A DNA stretch of 64,000 bases, taken from Raja brachyura. Lineage: Eukaryota. The notes under the pieces are model-generated. The model saw only the letters and a program-made list of their open reading frames with translations, ran no database searches and was not told the DNA's origin. Each line of letters begins with the position of its first letter. The stretch's first letter is position 1. This document shows positions 13,541 through 26,839 of the stretch, in pieces. Where the stretch lies: the NCBI GenBank assembly GCA_963514005.1, contig OY740795.1:46252001-46316000 (forward strand), read 5' to 3'. The position numbers and the translations under genes were made by a program.

Positions 13541-13852
13541 GGCACAGTGGCGCAGTGGTAGAGTTTCTGCCTTACAGCACTTGCAGTGCCAGAGACCGGG
13601 GTTTGATCCCGACTATGGGTGCTGTCTGTATGGAGTTTGTATGTTCTCCCCATGATTTGCGTAGATTTTCTCCGAGATCTTCGGTTTCCTCCCACACTCT
13701 GTAGATGTACAGGTTTGTTGGTTAATTGGTTTGGTTTGAATGTAAAATAGTCCCTAGTGTGTGTAGGATAGTGTTAGTGTGCAGGGAACGTTGGTCGGCG
13801 TGGACAAGGTGGGCAGAAGGGCCTGTTTCTGCACTGTATCTCTAAACTAAAC
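13541..13852 (+). mobile_element. V-SINE (HE1-like), full length
   Basis: Highly similar to 1673-1998. Confidence 0.85.
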
Positions 13853-13855
13853 TTA

Positions 13856-14187
13856 GCCCCTCACATCTGCATAGCCATTGATAAGATCATGGGTGACCTG
13901 AATAACCTCAACTCTGCAATCCTATCTTCCAGCAGTAACCTTTCATTCCTATTCCTTATCAAGAATCTATCTTCCTCTAACTTAACAATATTCAGCACCT
14001 CTGCTTCTATCACCCTTTGAGGAAGAGAATTCAAAAGACTCACTGTCCTTTGAGAGAGAGAATAAAAGGTCAATCTTCCCTGATGTCAGTGGTTGTAACC
14101 TTATTTTGAACCATTGACCGCTTGTTCGGGATTCTTCAACAAGAGAAAGCATCCTCCATATCAATCCTGGCAGGACCCATTCGGATG
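13856..14187 (-). mobile_element. CR1 LINE 3' end, old
   Basis: SQRTVSLLNSLPQRVIEA. Confidence 0.65.
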
Positions 14188-14188
14188 A

Positions 14189-14281
14189 TAGATAGACACA
14201 AGATGCTGGAGTAACTCAGCGGGACATGCAGCATCTCTGGAGAGAAGGAATGGGTAATGTTTCAGGTTGAGACCCTTCTTG
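14189..14281 (-). mobile_element. Penelope-terminus-derived short element
   Basis: Same family, reverse orientation. Confidence 0.75.
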
Positions 14282-14282
14282 A

Positions 14283-15392
14283 ATGAATTCATTAATGTTT
14301 ATTGGCCAAGTATGTACACATCCAAGGAATTTGCCTTGATGTTCCGCTCACAAGTAACAACATGACATACAGTAAACAATTAAAAATAAAACATAAAACA
14401 TTAAAACAGTAAGAATAAAAATTATAGTTTTCAACATGTGAATGAAATTAAATACCAGAGCAAAAGCAGGCTACAGACTTTTGGTTATTGAGTAGAGCTA
14501 CTACTCATATTTTATGTCTGTTTTTATGTCTGGCTATGGCGGCTTTGACAGTCTGGAGTCGCCTTCCAGAGGGAAGTGGTTCAAAGAGTTTGTGGCCAGG
14601 GTGAGAGGGGTCAGAGATGATCTTACCCGCTCGCTTCCTGGCCCTTGCAGTGTACAGTTCGTCAATGGGGGAAAAGCTGCAGCCAACAACCTTCTCAGCT
14701 GACCGAATGATTTGCTGCAGCCTCCAGATGTCGTGCTTGGTGGCTGAGCCAAACCAGACCATGATGGAGAAGGTGAGGACAGACTCTACGATGGCAGTAT
14801 AGAATTGGACCATCATTGCCGGTGGTAGATTGTGTTTCCTCAGCTGCCGCAGGATGTACATCCTCTGTTGGGCTTTTTGGTCTGCGGAATCGATGGTGGC
14901 CCCCCCCATTTAAGGTCCTTGGAGATGATGCTTCCAAGGAACTTAAAGGACTCCACAGATGTGACTGTGGAGTTGTTGATGGTGAGTGCGGGGAGAGGAT
15001 CGGGAGCTCTCCTAAAGTCTACAATCAATTCCACTGTCTAAGAGCATTGAGCTCCAGGTTGTTGCGATGGCACCAGGACACCAGCTGTGTCACTTCTTGT
15101 CTGTAGGCAGATTCCTCCCCATCCTGGATCAGTCCAATCAAGGTTGTGTCGTCCGTAAACTTGAGAAGCTTGACAGGAGTCTGTGGAGGTGTAGTCGTTG
15201 GTGTAGAGAGAGTAGAGGAGAGGGGAGAGTACGCAGCCTTGCGGTGCTCCTATGCTGAGGATCAGCGGGTCCGAGATGTGCCTTCCAAGCCTCACATTCT
15301 GCTTCCTGTCTGTCAGGAAGTTGGTGATCCACTGACAGAGGTGTTCAGGCACATTCAATTAGGAGAGTTTGAAGTGTAGTAGCTCTGGCCTT
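14283..15392 (-). mobile_element. Rex1/Babar-clade LINE, 5'-truncated, frameshifted RT
   Basis: WITNFLTDRKQ, GAPQGCVLSPLLYSLYTND, ELIVDFRR, FKFLG, KIISDPSHPGH..LPSGRR motifs. Confidence 0.9.
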
Positions 15393-16604
15393 CAGACCCT
15401 TTCAGATCTTGTATGTTTGATTAATGCTTTTTAACATACAATTACAAGAAAAGTATTGGCCAGAAATTTATGGACGATATTTCTCGTCTTCCTTGAAATG
15501 GAATTGGGTTGGGTTTTTTCTTGCATCCACCTAAGAGTGCGCGATGGAACCTGGTTTTAAACTGTCACCTGAAAGTTGGAACTTCCAGCATGCAGCACTC
15601 TTCTGGTTAATTGATTTTTTTTGCTCAAAATTCTGGTCGAGCAATTTCCCCATAGGTTTTGTATCCTGAGTGCTCTTGTGCACTACATTCTCAGAAAGAA
15701 ATAATTCCCTGGGGGTTTTCAATGCATATTTTCTCCCATGTGCAACCAAGTATCTCAAATAACTGTGTTATTGATAACGTTTGCCAGCAAGAATATTGGC
15801 AACTCATCTCACCGTTGACTCTCACATTTGAAATTAAAGATGATCATTGTAAAGATTGCTGCAGTCATGCTTGTCGAAAAAACGTGATCAGTGGTACGTA
15901 ACATTTGAAATAGGAAGGTTCTCTTCAGCCAAACATTGATTTTTTCGATGACAAGAGCAACGTGTATGTGTAAGCTGGATAAAGCTGGACAAAGAGCTGT
16001 AGGGGGAGGTCTGGGGTGGGGGTCTAACAACTCATGCTTTCAAGGACGGATGCAGGAGGCCCTCCCATAGGGCATGAATGTTGAAGGACCAGAGAGGAGA
16101 GGGCAGCTTACTGGTAGTGGTAATGGCACCTCTTCACACCAAACATTGATCTATTTGAGGACAGGACAATGTGTATGTGTAAGCTAAACAAAGTTTACCT
16201 ATGAATTCCTTCTTATTTCAGGATGAATTTCCCTTAAATACGGACAGAAACTGCTGGAATACTCATCATGTCAAGTAGCATCGGTGGAAACAAAAAACAG
16301 TAAGTGTTTTTGGCCTAAAACATCTGGCATTATCTGGCATTTTTTGTTTCACATTTTCAGCGTCCACGTTTTATTTGTTCATTGCCCTAAATATAGGTAT
16401 TTTTAGATAATATTATCTTACCGAAGTTTCTGAAGTGTTGATGAAGGGCTACACACAGTGGTGCTTATTATATATCACCTCTCAGCAAATATCTTGCACA
16501 TGGAATAAGAAATTAAGGAAACAAAAGTTGCATTTGTTTTTATTGCAGGGGAGGTGTGAACAAAAGTAGAGACCTCTTGCTTCAGTTACACAGGGTCCTG
16601 ATAA

Positions 16605-16945
16605 AGGGCCTGTCCCACTGGACGAGGTAAATCAAGAGTTCTCCCGCGTTTTCCCCTGATCCGAACTCGGAGAATGTCCGTAGCCGTAGGAGTTCGTGAA
16701 TGTCCCGTAGCGGCTCGTACGAGTAACGGTAGGTACTCGGAATATCAGTTAACGCGTGACGTTTTTTCAACTCTGTGAAAAATGTCCACGAGTAAAAAAA
16801 TACTCGTGATGAAAAAAATTGTTACTTTTTACTCGTACGAGCTGCTACGAGACATCCACAAACTCTTACGGACCCGCTACGGACATTCTCCGAGTTCAAA
16901 TCAGGGGAAAACTCGTGAAGTACCTCGTACAGTGGGACAGGCCCT
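16605..16945. mobile_element. PIF/Harbinger-like (Tourist-type) MITE
   Basis: TIR AGGGCCTGTCCCACTG, TAA on both flanks, long internal inverted repeats. Confidence 0.85.
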
Positions 16946-16987
16946 TAAGGCAGCATCTGAGTTATTGTTGCTGAACTTGTATTTTAA

Positions 16988-17110
16988 ACTGTAGGGAGAT
17001 GTTGGAGATGGTCCAAGTGAATTTGAGTGTAGGGTGGAAATTTGTAGTAAAGTCATTGAAGTCAGTGATTTCTGCATGGGAGCAGGAGGTCGCACCGTTG
17101 CAGTCATCTG
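16988..17110 (-). mobile_element. Penelope-like RT remnant (short)
   Basis: SCSHAEITDFNDFTTNFHPTLKFTWTISNISL. Confidence 0.7.
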
Positions 17111-17560
17111 GGTTATTGTCTAACCTCCCTGGTTTGGGGAGTATATTATTGCCAAAAGTGCAGTGAAGGTTCATCATCATTGATTCCTTTGATCATAGTG
17201 TTGGTGTGGGGGGTGGGGTGGGGGGGGTGGGGGGGGGGGGGGGCAAGAGTAGTTATATGACGTGAAATTACTTTAGAAGATTGAAGGGTGATCTCAACAT
17301 ATACAATTCCTATGGGGCTTGAGCAGACAAGGGTTGGTGTTTCTTCTGGCTGGATGTCTCGAAACAGGGGACACAGAATCACAATAACAGATTGAAATAA
17401 CCAGGACAGGGGTGAAAACAATCTCTCTGGAATTCTCTACTCAAGATGCTCAGGCTCAGTCACAGAGAATATCCAAGTCAGATTATTAGGTTTCCAAAGT
17501 TAAACATTATATGGGGTTACTGTATAAAACAGCACTACGGTAAAAGTTTGACCACAGTTT

Positions 17561-17660
17561 TTTTTAGTTTAGCTTAGTTTAGAGATACACCGCAGAAACA
17601 GGCACTTCGGCCCACTGGGTCCACGCCGACCAGCGATCGCTGGATTAACACTATCCGACA
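17561..17660 (-). mobile_element. V-SINE 3' fragment
   Basis: tttagtttagagataca...ccgaccagcgat tail. Confidence 0.7.
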
Positions 17661-17982
17661 TTATTATGATCCAATCCTTTATTTTGAAATCAAAACAAGA
17701 AAGCACATCTTTAAGTCTTACAGGTTAGAATTGTGTTTTTGATTGGCCTGTTTTTTAATCACTGGGCTGCAATACAAACATACATCGAGCAAAAAAGATA
17801 ATAGGCAGCCAACTGAGGACCATTTTGTAGTTCAGTTTAGTTTATTGTCACATGTACCGAGGTAGAGTGAAAAGCTTTTGTTGCGTGCTGATCAGTCAGC
17901 GGAAAGACAATACATGATTACAATCGAACCTTTCACCATGAACAGATTTTGTGTCACTAACCAAGATGAATTTCCACCTCAT

Positions 17983-18359
17983 CAATAGACAATAGACAAT
18001 AGACAATAGGTGCAGGAGTAGGCCATACGGCCCTTCGAGCCAGCACCGCCATTTAATGTGATCACGGCTGATCATCCCCAATCAGTATCCCGTTCCTGCC
18101 TTCTCCCCATATCCCCTGACTCTGCTATTTTTAAGAGCTCTATCTAGCTCTCTCTTGAAAGCATCCAGAGAACCTGCCTCCACCGCCCTCTGAGGCAGAG
18201 AATTCCACAGATTCACAACTCTCTGTGAGAAAAAGTGTTTCCTCGTCTCCGTTCTAAATGGCTTACTCCTTATTCTTAAACTGCGGCCCCTGGTTCTGGA
18301 CTCCCCCAACATTGGGAACATGTTTTCTTCCTCTAGCGTGTCCAAGCGCTTAACAATCT
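17983..18359 (-). mobile_element. CR1 LINE 3' end with (CAATAGA)n tail
   Basis: FFSQRVVNLWNSLPQRAVEA. Confidence 0.9.
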
Positions 18360-19873
18360 TAGTTTAAAGTTAAACAATTCTGCAATGTACAAGAACGAAA
18401 ATTAATGTCATTCTTGAAATATGAAGAAAAACCCATGATAATACAGTAATTTAGACAGATCTGAATGTATTTACATGATTACAAAAAACATAACTTTGTA
18501 ATATTTTTGCTAATTCACGGCATGTTGTTTATATTGGTAAGCGCATTCTGAACAAAGTATGACCAGGAAATAACAACGACGATGCAATGAAGTTCATCTC
18601 AATAATTTCTGAAAGTTAATATGTTTATAATAATCAAACAGTTAATTGATTTTCAATACTTGCTTGTATGTATTTTAAATGATCGTTTTAGTTTAAGTTT
18701 TAGTCTTAAAAAATTGATAAACTTCATTATGTTATTTGTTATTCTTTTTCAGCAGGAAGAGAATATATCGCTGTTTTCAGACTTATTTCTGAAGACACAC
18801 AAAAACAGTCAACCTGTATGAATCTATTATTACTAGAATGCAGAGGGGCAAGATCCAGGCCGCTATTTCTCAAGCCGTACTGACCTCTTACATTCCATAC
18901 AATTTCCCTGCTTCAAATTACTGTTATTTCCCTTGATATGCCTTTGCTGCACCAGGGTCCAATACATGCATGAACTGATCTGCCAACAAAGATATGTGCA
19001 TTCTTCCCGATGGATATCAGAAATATTCTAATTTTTATATTTAATCATTGCAAAGAAGCCACAAATTGCCATTAATTGTAAATTGAAAGACCACTATTAG
19101 GGAAAAAAAGAAAATCAGTACATTCTCATACGAATCACAGAAAAGATGCATATTATTGAAAAAGGGATGTGTAGTAGAATTTTTATATACTAAATAATGT
19201 CATAATTTTTGGTGTCTAAAATATTTCATCTCTTTTGTCAGTTGTTTACAAATGTCTAAAAATATATGGTTGTATGGTAGAAGAAACCAATGTAATGAAA
19301 GAGAGCGTTTGGCTATTAAATTCAGAAATTATAAGCAGCCATTTTGTTCAAATGCCTTGACTTAAAATGAGACCACAGAAAGAAAATGCAAAGGAAGACC
19401 ACTCCTCTGAAACCACACAGTTCATCAAGGCATTCTGTGTCGCCAATAAAATTGGATGACATTTGGATTATGTAAACAAACCACTGTGGATAAATCAGTG
19501 TGAAGCTGACTTGGTGAAAAGGTTTTATCAGGCCATGCTTATGCATGTTGTATATATGTGTGTGGCAGTTTGTCAGAGTAGTGACTTATGCAACAAAAAT
19601 GATAGCTGTTCACAATAGGAAAGTTTCGACAACAAATGTACAGGAGAAACCAATAGAGCATGAGATGGTTTTCAGTGATAGACAGATTTGAGTTTTTTTT
19701 TAATTATTTATCTGTACAAAAGCAAAATGTACTGTGTACAAAAAAAAGTGTAGTGGAATTCACTTTTAATACACTTTGTAAAGAATTGTCTGTCATTTTA
19801 TTGAGTTTTGTTTTCACCATTTGAATTGTCTAAACTAAACTCCATTTAAATTTTGATCCAAATTTCAAACTAT

Positions 19874-20271
19874 TGAAACGCAGGAGGATGACGGGAGATC
19901 ATATAGATGTGTATAAAATCATGGGAGGAATAGATGGGGTAGATGAACAGAGTCTCTTGACCAGAGTAGTTGCATCGAGGACCAGAGGACATAGGCTTAT
20001 GGTGAAGGGGAAAAGATTTAATAGGAATCTGTGGGGAAATCTTTTCACACAAAAGATAGTGGGTGTATTGAACAAGCTGCCAGATGAGGTAGTTGAGGCA
20101 GGGACTATCCCAACTTTTAAGAAACAGTTAGACAGGTACATGGATAGGACAGGTTTGGAGGGATATGGACCAAACGTGGGCAGGTGGGACTAGTGCAGCT
20201 GGGACATGTTGGCCTGTGTGGGCAAGTTGAGTCGAATGGCCTGTTTCCACACTGTATCACACTTTGACTCT
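19874..20271 (+). mobile_element. CR1 LINE 3' end
   Basis: RRRMTGDHIDVYKIM...TRGHRL. Confidence 0.85.
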
Positions 20272-21193
20272 ATTAATTGATACCCACTAAATGTTTTTCA
20301 CTAAACATGTGTTTGTTATATGGATTAAGCGATTAAAAGTTCATTCAAAATAAAGAAATATACCCAGTATTATGAAGCCTTCAGAGAACTCCAGAGTGCC
20401 TTACCTGGCTTGTTAACAAAAAAAATCAAGAACTTTTAAAGAGGTGCATTTTTAATTAAGCTTTTGCTGTGGTGTAACAAAGCGAGGCAAATGTAACATT
20501 TATTAGTTTGGGTATTTGAAAACCAATTAAGTCCAACACTTTAAAGATGTCAACATTAAAATATTGTTATGTTTAAGCACTATTTTTATTTGCATGATGA
20601 ATGGATTTAGTTTAGACTCAGGAAATCATGCTGTGAATATGTGTAATGAATCAGAAAACCTTGATTTCTTGTACATATTTATATTGTAACATTATTCAGA
20701 AATATGACTTATGAAGATAGTGCCACTTTTGGCCATTAGGCCATAGGTCTCCAATTCATGTGCTCAGTAAGGTATTCTCTGTATACTCGTATCTTAGATA
20801 TTTATTATTTTGTTTCTGTACTAAAACAGTAATTTGCTGTCCCAAAGTAAGCACTATATGTTGATCAGCTACAAATTTTACACATATTTTTGTATTGTGA
20901 TTCATGTATATTAGCAGATCTTTCTATCCATTTGTAAAATACATATATTATTGTAACTTTTTAAATAAAAAATATTGTTTTAAACCTTCATAAGTGGAAC
21001 AGAAATTGCATTTTTGTTTGGTTCCTTCCTTACTTATTTTTTACTTATTACTTATTACTTCCTTACTTATGATTCCTGTCGCACAATCCTGAATTTTCAC
21101 CAGTCTATGTATTTCAAATTATGTATTGAATTTGCTGATCTTGCACAGAACAGGACCCATTCCGATTATAGTTTGGTGCCAGTGCATCACCTG

Positions 21194-21372
21194 CAGGCCC
21201 TATCAGAGGGGGGGGGGGGGGGGGGGCATTTGGCATGGGCCTCATGCCTGTCTGCTTCAAAGGTATCTTGATCTGGGGGCCTCTAAAATTGATGGGCCTC
21301 TGCTTGATCTTGGTTTGTGGGCCTCTAATCTTGAAATTGGCCTGGGACTCAGTTCATCTATGAGAGGGCCTG
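21194..21372. mobile_element. hAT-like MITE
   Basis: TIR CAGGCCCT(A/C)TCA; perfect 8-bp TSD ATCACCTG; repeated internal GGGCCTC motifs. Confidence 0.85.
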
Positions 21373-21622
21373 ATCACCTGAAGGCAACTGCTCCAGATTA
21401 ATTCCATGTAAATAATGCAACAGTTGCTACTTCACCAGCTCTGTTATTTGTTATCTGCTCTAAATGAGAACACATTCATATGTTGCTACGGTCTTGCAAA
21501 TCATTTATTGTATAGAGATATCAAAAGGGAAAACCATAGCATTTGTCTCTACTGTTACCAGCACTTGTCCCATTCCCAAATTACAATTTTATAGGTGATT
21601 TTCAGTGTCCTAGTACAATGTT

Positions 21623-22654
21623 TAGCAATGTTACAAAATTTTGAGATTTTAAAAATCAAGTCTGCAATTTATCCCATCAGATAAAGCATAAAAAGAAGTT
21701 TAATTTGACACCTAATTCACTTTCATATCTTCAGTATTAAGATAGTTATGGCCATTTTCATACTCTGAAATTAGCATCTTGTTCCCGATTGCCTTATAAT
21801 TGACTTAACTCAAAAGCTGTGATCTAGAACAGTTAAAAGCCCATAACTTTCTTAAAAATTAAGAGAACTCAATGAAATTTTCAGTTATTATAGATTGAAG
21901 CATTCTGAAACAAATATGAAAGAATCTTACTTGGATGACCTGAAATTAAAGCATATAATTAGTTACTTATCTAATTGTAGCTAATTACAAAATTCAATGA
22001 GTAGATCTAAACATCTATCCATTTTTTAAGAAAAGATAAACTTTTTTTTAATTGCCTAAGTGTCCAAATAACATTCACACAATAATCCACAATGTAACAT
22101 AATTTTTAAATCTCATTTTCATGAATTCCTGGGCCAAATTTAAGGAATTTAGTGTTTAATGCATGTAAATTAATGGCCATTTAAATCAACTAGCGAGTGG
22201 GTTTTAGTGGAATGCGGTGGATTGGAACGTTACGGTTTGCAGTGAAGTTGGGAGGAAAAATACTGGCGGTTCATACATTTTTTTGGACCCCATTTCGCAA
22301 CATGAAAATATGATTAAAGCCTCCATAAAAACCAACTTTTAATGTAAAAATAAACTGTACCTTTTTTTCTCCCCTACGCAAAATCCTTCCCGTTGTCGGC
22401 TCTCACGGCTTTTGAAGGTGATTTTTAAATTACTCTAGTTAATAAATAATCTAGCGTAATTTAAAAATACCTTCATGAATGAAATGTCGGAGCGATTTTT
22501 CTTCCGCAACGAAATTGCCCGACATGGATCGATTTGCCCTGACTGCAGAAAAACGGCACTTTAAGCCCGCCCCCCTCTGAAAGGCGCCAAAGTCACGCAC
22601 ATGGGGAGCAGCAGAACTGCAGCGCTGCTCAAGGTAAGTTTTGTAACATACCTA
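21623..22654. mobile_element. Non-autonomous TIR DNA element (about 1.03 kb), superfamily unassigned
   Basis: Imperfect 19-bp TIR TAG(CA/GT)ATGTTACAAAA(T/C)TT; flanking duplication CAATGTT. Confidence 0.7.
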
Positions 22655-25600
22655 CAATGTTACAATGTCCTCTGTGCGATTGCAGTCTGGCTTCTGGAAA
22701 GTTGCTTATTTTCATTTGGAATCCCATAGATGTCCTGGATGACCTAAGAGAGGCCTTAGCCTCAGATAGGTTAACTTCAGATTGTTGCCTATGCTTGAGC
22801 TACACATTGGTCTGGGATGACAGATGAGTGAGTGTGTTGCCTGCAAAACGTGCCTGCTGTATACAATGACCTCTCAAGAGACTTCATAGACAATGGGGCA
22901 ACAATCTACTGTCACTCAGATTGCACAATTATCCTCTTAACCTGTAGACCTTCTGATAACCCAACTGACAGATGCCGAGCCCCTGATATAATGCCCACTA
23001 CACAACCTGAGTAGAATTACATTCACAATGGGGACATGCTTGAGTTGGAAGGAGCACACTACAGCTCCCACAGAAGAGAGCTAAGGTGAAATGTGCCACA
23101 ACTCCGCTCCCTGTTCATGGGTGTTCTCTGTCTCAACAAGGACATCAAACTGATCCCCGCTGACATAACAGTGTCCCTCAGGATCTCAGAACTGCTCCCT
23201 TGTGGCAGAGATCAGAACTGCAGCTGCATTAGGGTGGGACCAGGCAGCAGGAAAAAGATGGTGTGTGGCCACTCTCTGTCCCTCTTCAGCAGCTGTCTCT
23301 GAAACCAGTTGGCTGTGTGTGGCACAATTGTAGCCAAGCTCTTGCAAAGAATGTGCATGACCTCTGGGGTGGAAGTCATGGTCTCACCCTGGCTCCCACA
23401 CAACCTCCTGTCCTGTGAGGAGATGAAGAACAATTATTCCATGTTCATGTTCCATCCCATCTCCTCTATTCGATCGGGCATGTTTGATAATTCATTCACC
23501 AGCTTGCTATCCAACCACATTGGTTTTGTCGTGAAAGTACTGTGATTATGAACCTCACCTGTGTCCTCTGTGGCAAAGCAGATCGAGTGTCCAGTGTGCC
23601 TCATGCACCTTCCCCTGCACTGCATGCCATATTGCTGCCCTCCAGTGACTGGTGCATCTCCACTAGACGCACATCACTCCAACTTAATCTGTTCAGCACT
23701 CACAGCTCCAGTCTGTAAGTGGTGTTGTGGGGTGTCATGAAATGACACATTTGGGTCATATTCATAATCAACGCCTCCTCCTGCTCTCTATCGTCTCACC
23801 CCTCCATCTCTGTCATCTCCTCGATCACCTGACTCTCTTCCTGCTCTGCTTCATCATGTTCTAGTCAGAGGGAAACAGGAGCCACCCCCCAATAACCTGC
23901 AAAGACAATACAATGCATTTGCTTTTTAATCCCAGTCAGATCATGCAGCAACATTATTTGTTTTTGTTTAACAAACAGAACATTGTCAATAAATAGTGGA
24001 AGATCAATCATTCTTTGATTGAAACAAGAATGAAACATTCCACACGTTTCCCACACGCCTTATTTTGCAACTATTTCCTTCTGTAACATGTTAACACAAG
24101 TCTCTGAAAATACATTATACAGGTTCCATTATTTTCTATTTATCAGTGCACTCTTTAATATCTTCAAGATAAATCAATTAATCAAGACTAATTCATATCA
24201 CTGGACAAACATTAGTCATCATTCTGTCCCTTGTCTAACATTTGTTCAGATGCGTTCACCCTCTCTCCTCCAGCTGCTTCCACCATCCATCCACAAGGCA
24301 ATGCCCTCCAGATTCCAACCACCTTTTGCATGAAAGTGTATTCTATTCCATATCCCAAATATCTAGGTTGAGAATTGTGAATTCTGAAAGGGCAAATTCC
24401 CATAATCCAAATGACCGTATCATGGTGGTCACTAATAGAGTGGCCTACATGAAACCAATCATGTGAAATTTGTTTTGTTCCACATACTCACTGGTAATAG
24501 AAATTTTAGATTAAAGATCAACCATTAAGAAATAAACAGTCAAAAGCAAACAATTTGTTTTGTCTGTCATCAATATTGGTGCTGTGTATATATTCATATC
24601 ACTCAGGTTCAGTATTGGGACACAGATGGATAGAATTTGTGGAGCACCATGAATTTCTGGATGTTCCAGACACTCTGTGGTATACCTGGCATCCCATAAA
24701 AAACAGTAAAGATGTGATATAATTCAATAATAGAAACAGAATGTATTTTGAAAAGTTGCTGTGAATTATTTTTCATTTTGAGAAATAATACAATGGTGGT
24801 AAAAAAAATATCTGTTGAGATGTCAGAAGCTCCTTCTCTGTATTAATGCTCTCTGTCTATTTAGTTCCACTTTCTCGCCCACAACCTCCCCCTCCCAAAT
24901 GTACAGTGTGTTAATTGCTGCTTGATTTAGCTAGCTATCCACACTCACCTCTATGCCCTTTCCATTGCTTGTTCTAGACTAGTGCAGGTGCGTGCATCCA
25001 CTTGTGCCTAGCTTCCTGATGCAGAAGTTGATCAATATGATGTGGCAAATTACTGAGGCTCTGCCCAACTAATGCCTTTGATATCAGAGGCATTTAAAAA
25101 ACTATTCATATAAATTTAAATAAACAAAAGTTTTTTTAAAATTTCTTTTAAAAAACTGAACATTAATTAGATGTGGGAAACAGCAATAATTAAGTAAAAG
25201 CTTTAAAGTAATGCAAAGGGGATTAACTCATAAGGGTGAGCAAAATGGCATTATTCCTCATCTCCTGCTGGTCCTGGAGTAAATCTGAGGGTGCCAGCTG
25301 AACAATGCCATCACTATTGGTGCTCCATCCTCAACACAATGGTGCCCTGCATCCAATAGCTCCAGGTTGTCTCACCCACCTTTCCATGTAAGTCCTTGGA
25401 AGTTCAAGACCTACTGAATGTCGAATGTCGGATGGCTGGCAGGTCCCCACAGAACCGTGAGCATTGTTTGGTCATTCTGAATAATTGAGGGAATCACTGT
25501 CCACTGGTCTCAACAACACACAAAACACCAAGTCACCACCATTAGCAGCATCTAGTGCCCATCTCATGGCCTGTTATATTAAGGTAAGACTGGGGCCGCA

Positions 25601-25689
25601 TTAATCAGTGTTGAGTTATCAAGATGCACATTATAAGATGCTTCAGAAAACAAAATATGTGCCAGAATTTGGACAACATTTGGGCATAG

Positions 25690-26360
25690 AATGGTAGATG
25701 GAAAGTAACATTATTATTACATGTGTCTTACCTCCTGACACCTCAGAGCCTTTCCATTATCTAAAAGGTATAAGTCTGAGGTGCAATGGCATATTTTCCA
25801 TTTGTCCTGATGAGTACAGAACCAGCAACATTCAAGAAGGTTAACAGCATCTTAGATAAAGCACTCTGGTTAATTGATACCCTGTCTAATGTTCAAAACA
25901 TTCCTTCCTTCCTCCACCATCATCACACTTTGGCAGAGGTGCATGCCATGTACAAAACACTCTGCAGTTACTTGCCTAGAGATTGATAAATTCTTGATTA
26001 GTATGGGTGTCAGGGGTTGTGGAAAGAAGGCAGGAGAATGGGGTTGAGAGGGAAAGATAGACCAGTCATGATTGAATGATGGAGTAAACTTGATGGGTCA
26101 AATGGCCTGATTCTGCTCCTATAACCTATGAATGTATGTACTATTCTGAAAGTACTTTCTAAACCCATGGCATCCGTCACCAAGGAGGAAAATTGTATGG
26201 GAAAGTCATCAGGTGCAGGTTTCCATCTAGGTCATATATCATCCTGAACTCAATAATATTGTTGATCACCAGTGGTGTATAATTCATTGAACTCCTTAGC
26301 ACACAATACTGTGAAAGTACACTTACCAGAAGGTTTGCAACTCTTCACCAACGGTACCTG
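25690..26360 (+). mobile_element. Old LINE 3' region interrupted by a younger CR1 tail (about 25977-26135)
   Basis: Young tail matches 52915-53053 and 57836-57990; flanks read as one continuous degenerate LINE. Confidence 0.55.
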
Positions 26361-26615
26361 TAAAGAACAAATAGAAATGAATATAAATCACCGACAACAG
26401 TGGAAAGTGAATGAAAACACCACTCTCTCCAACCTGAGGTCTGATTAAAATCCAATCCTTTGATCAATTCTTTGTGACTCTTATGAATATTCTCTTTCTC
26501 TGTGTCTAATTTGATCTGATTATACTTGGCAAAATGCTGAAGAACATATTTTTTCTAAATTAAAGAAGTTATATTTATTGTTGAATACTGAGCTATTCAT
26601 TTGCTGGTATATTGA

Positions 26616-26839
26616 ATGGCCTGTCCCACTTGGGCGTCATTTGCGCGTCATTTACCCAATAGTATTTACGTGTCACGATGCACAATGCGTAAATGATGGC
26701 GTGCATTATGCGCGCATGGTGCATGGTGACGTAGGCAGTGACGCACGGTCGCATGTGGCGCTCCAGGACTTTGGGATTCACAAAATCTGTGCTCGCCACC
26801 TGCGTGACGCACAAATGGCGCCCACGTGGGGCAGGCCCT
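26616..26839. mobile_element. Second Harbinger-like MITE, same TIR with a different interior
   Basis: ATGGCCTGTCCCACT...GTGGGGCAGGCCCT, flanked by TGA/TAA. Confidence 0.75.

Noticed and set aside
14505-15358. Intact reverse transcriptase gene
   Set aside because: 5'-truncated with multiple frameshifts; a dead Rex1/Babar copy
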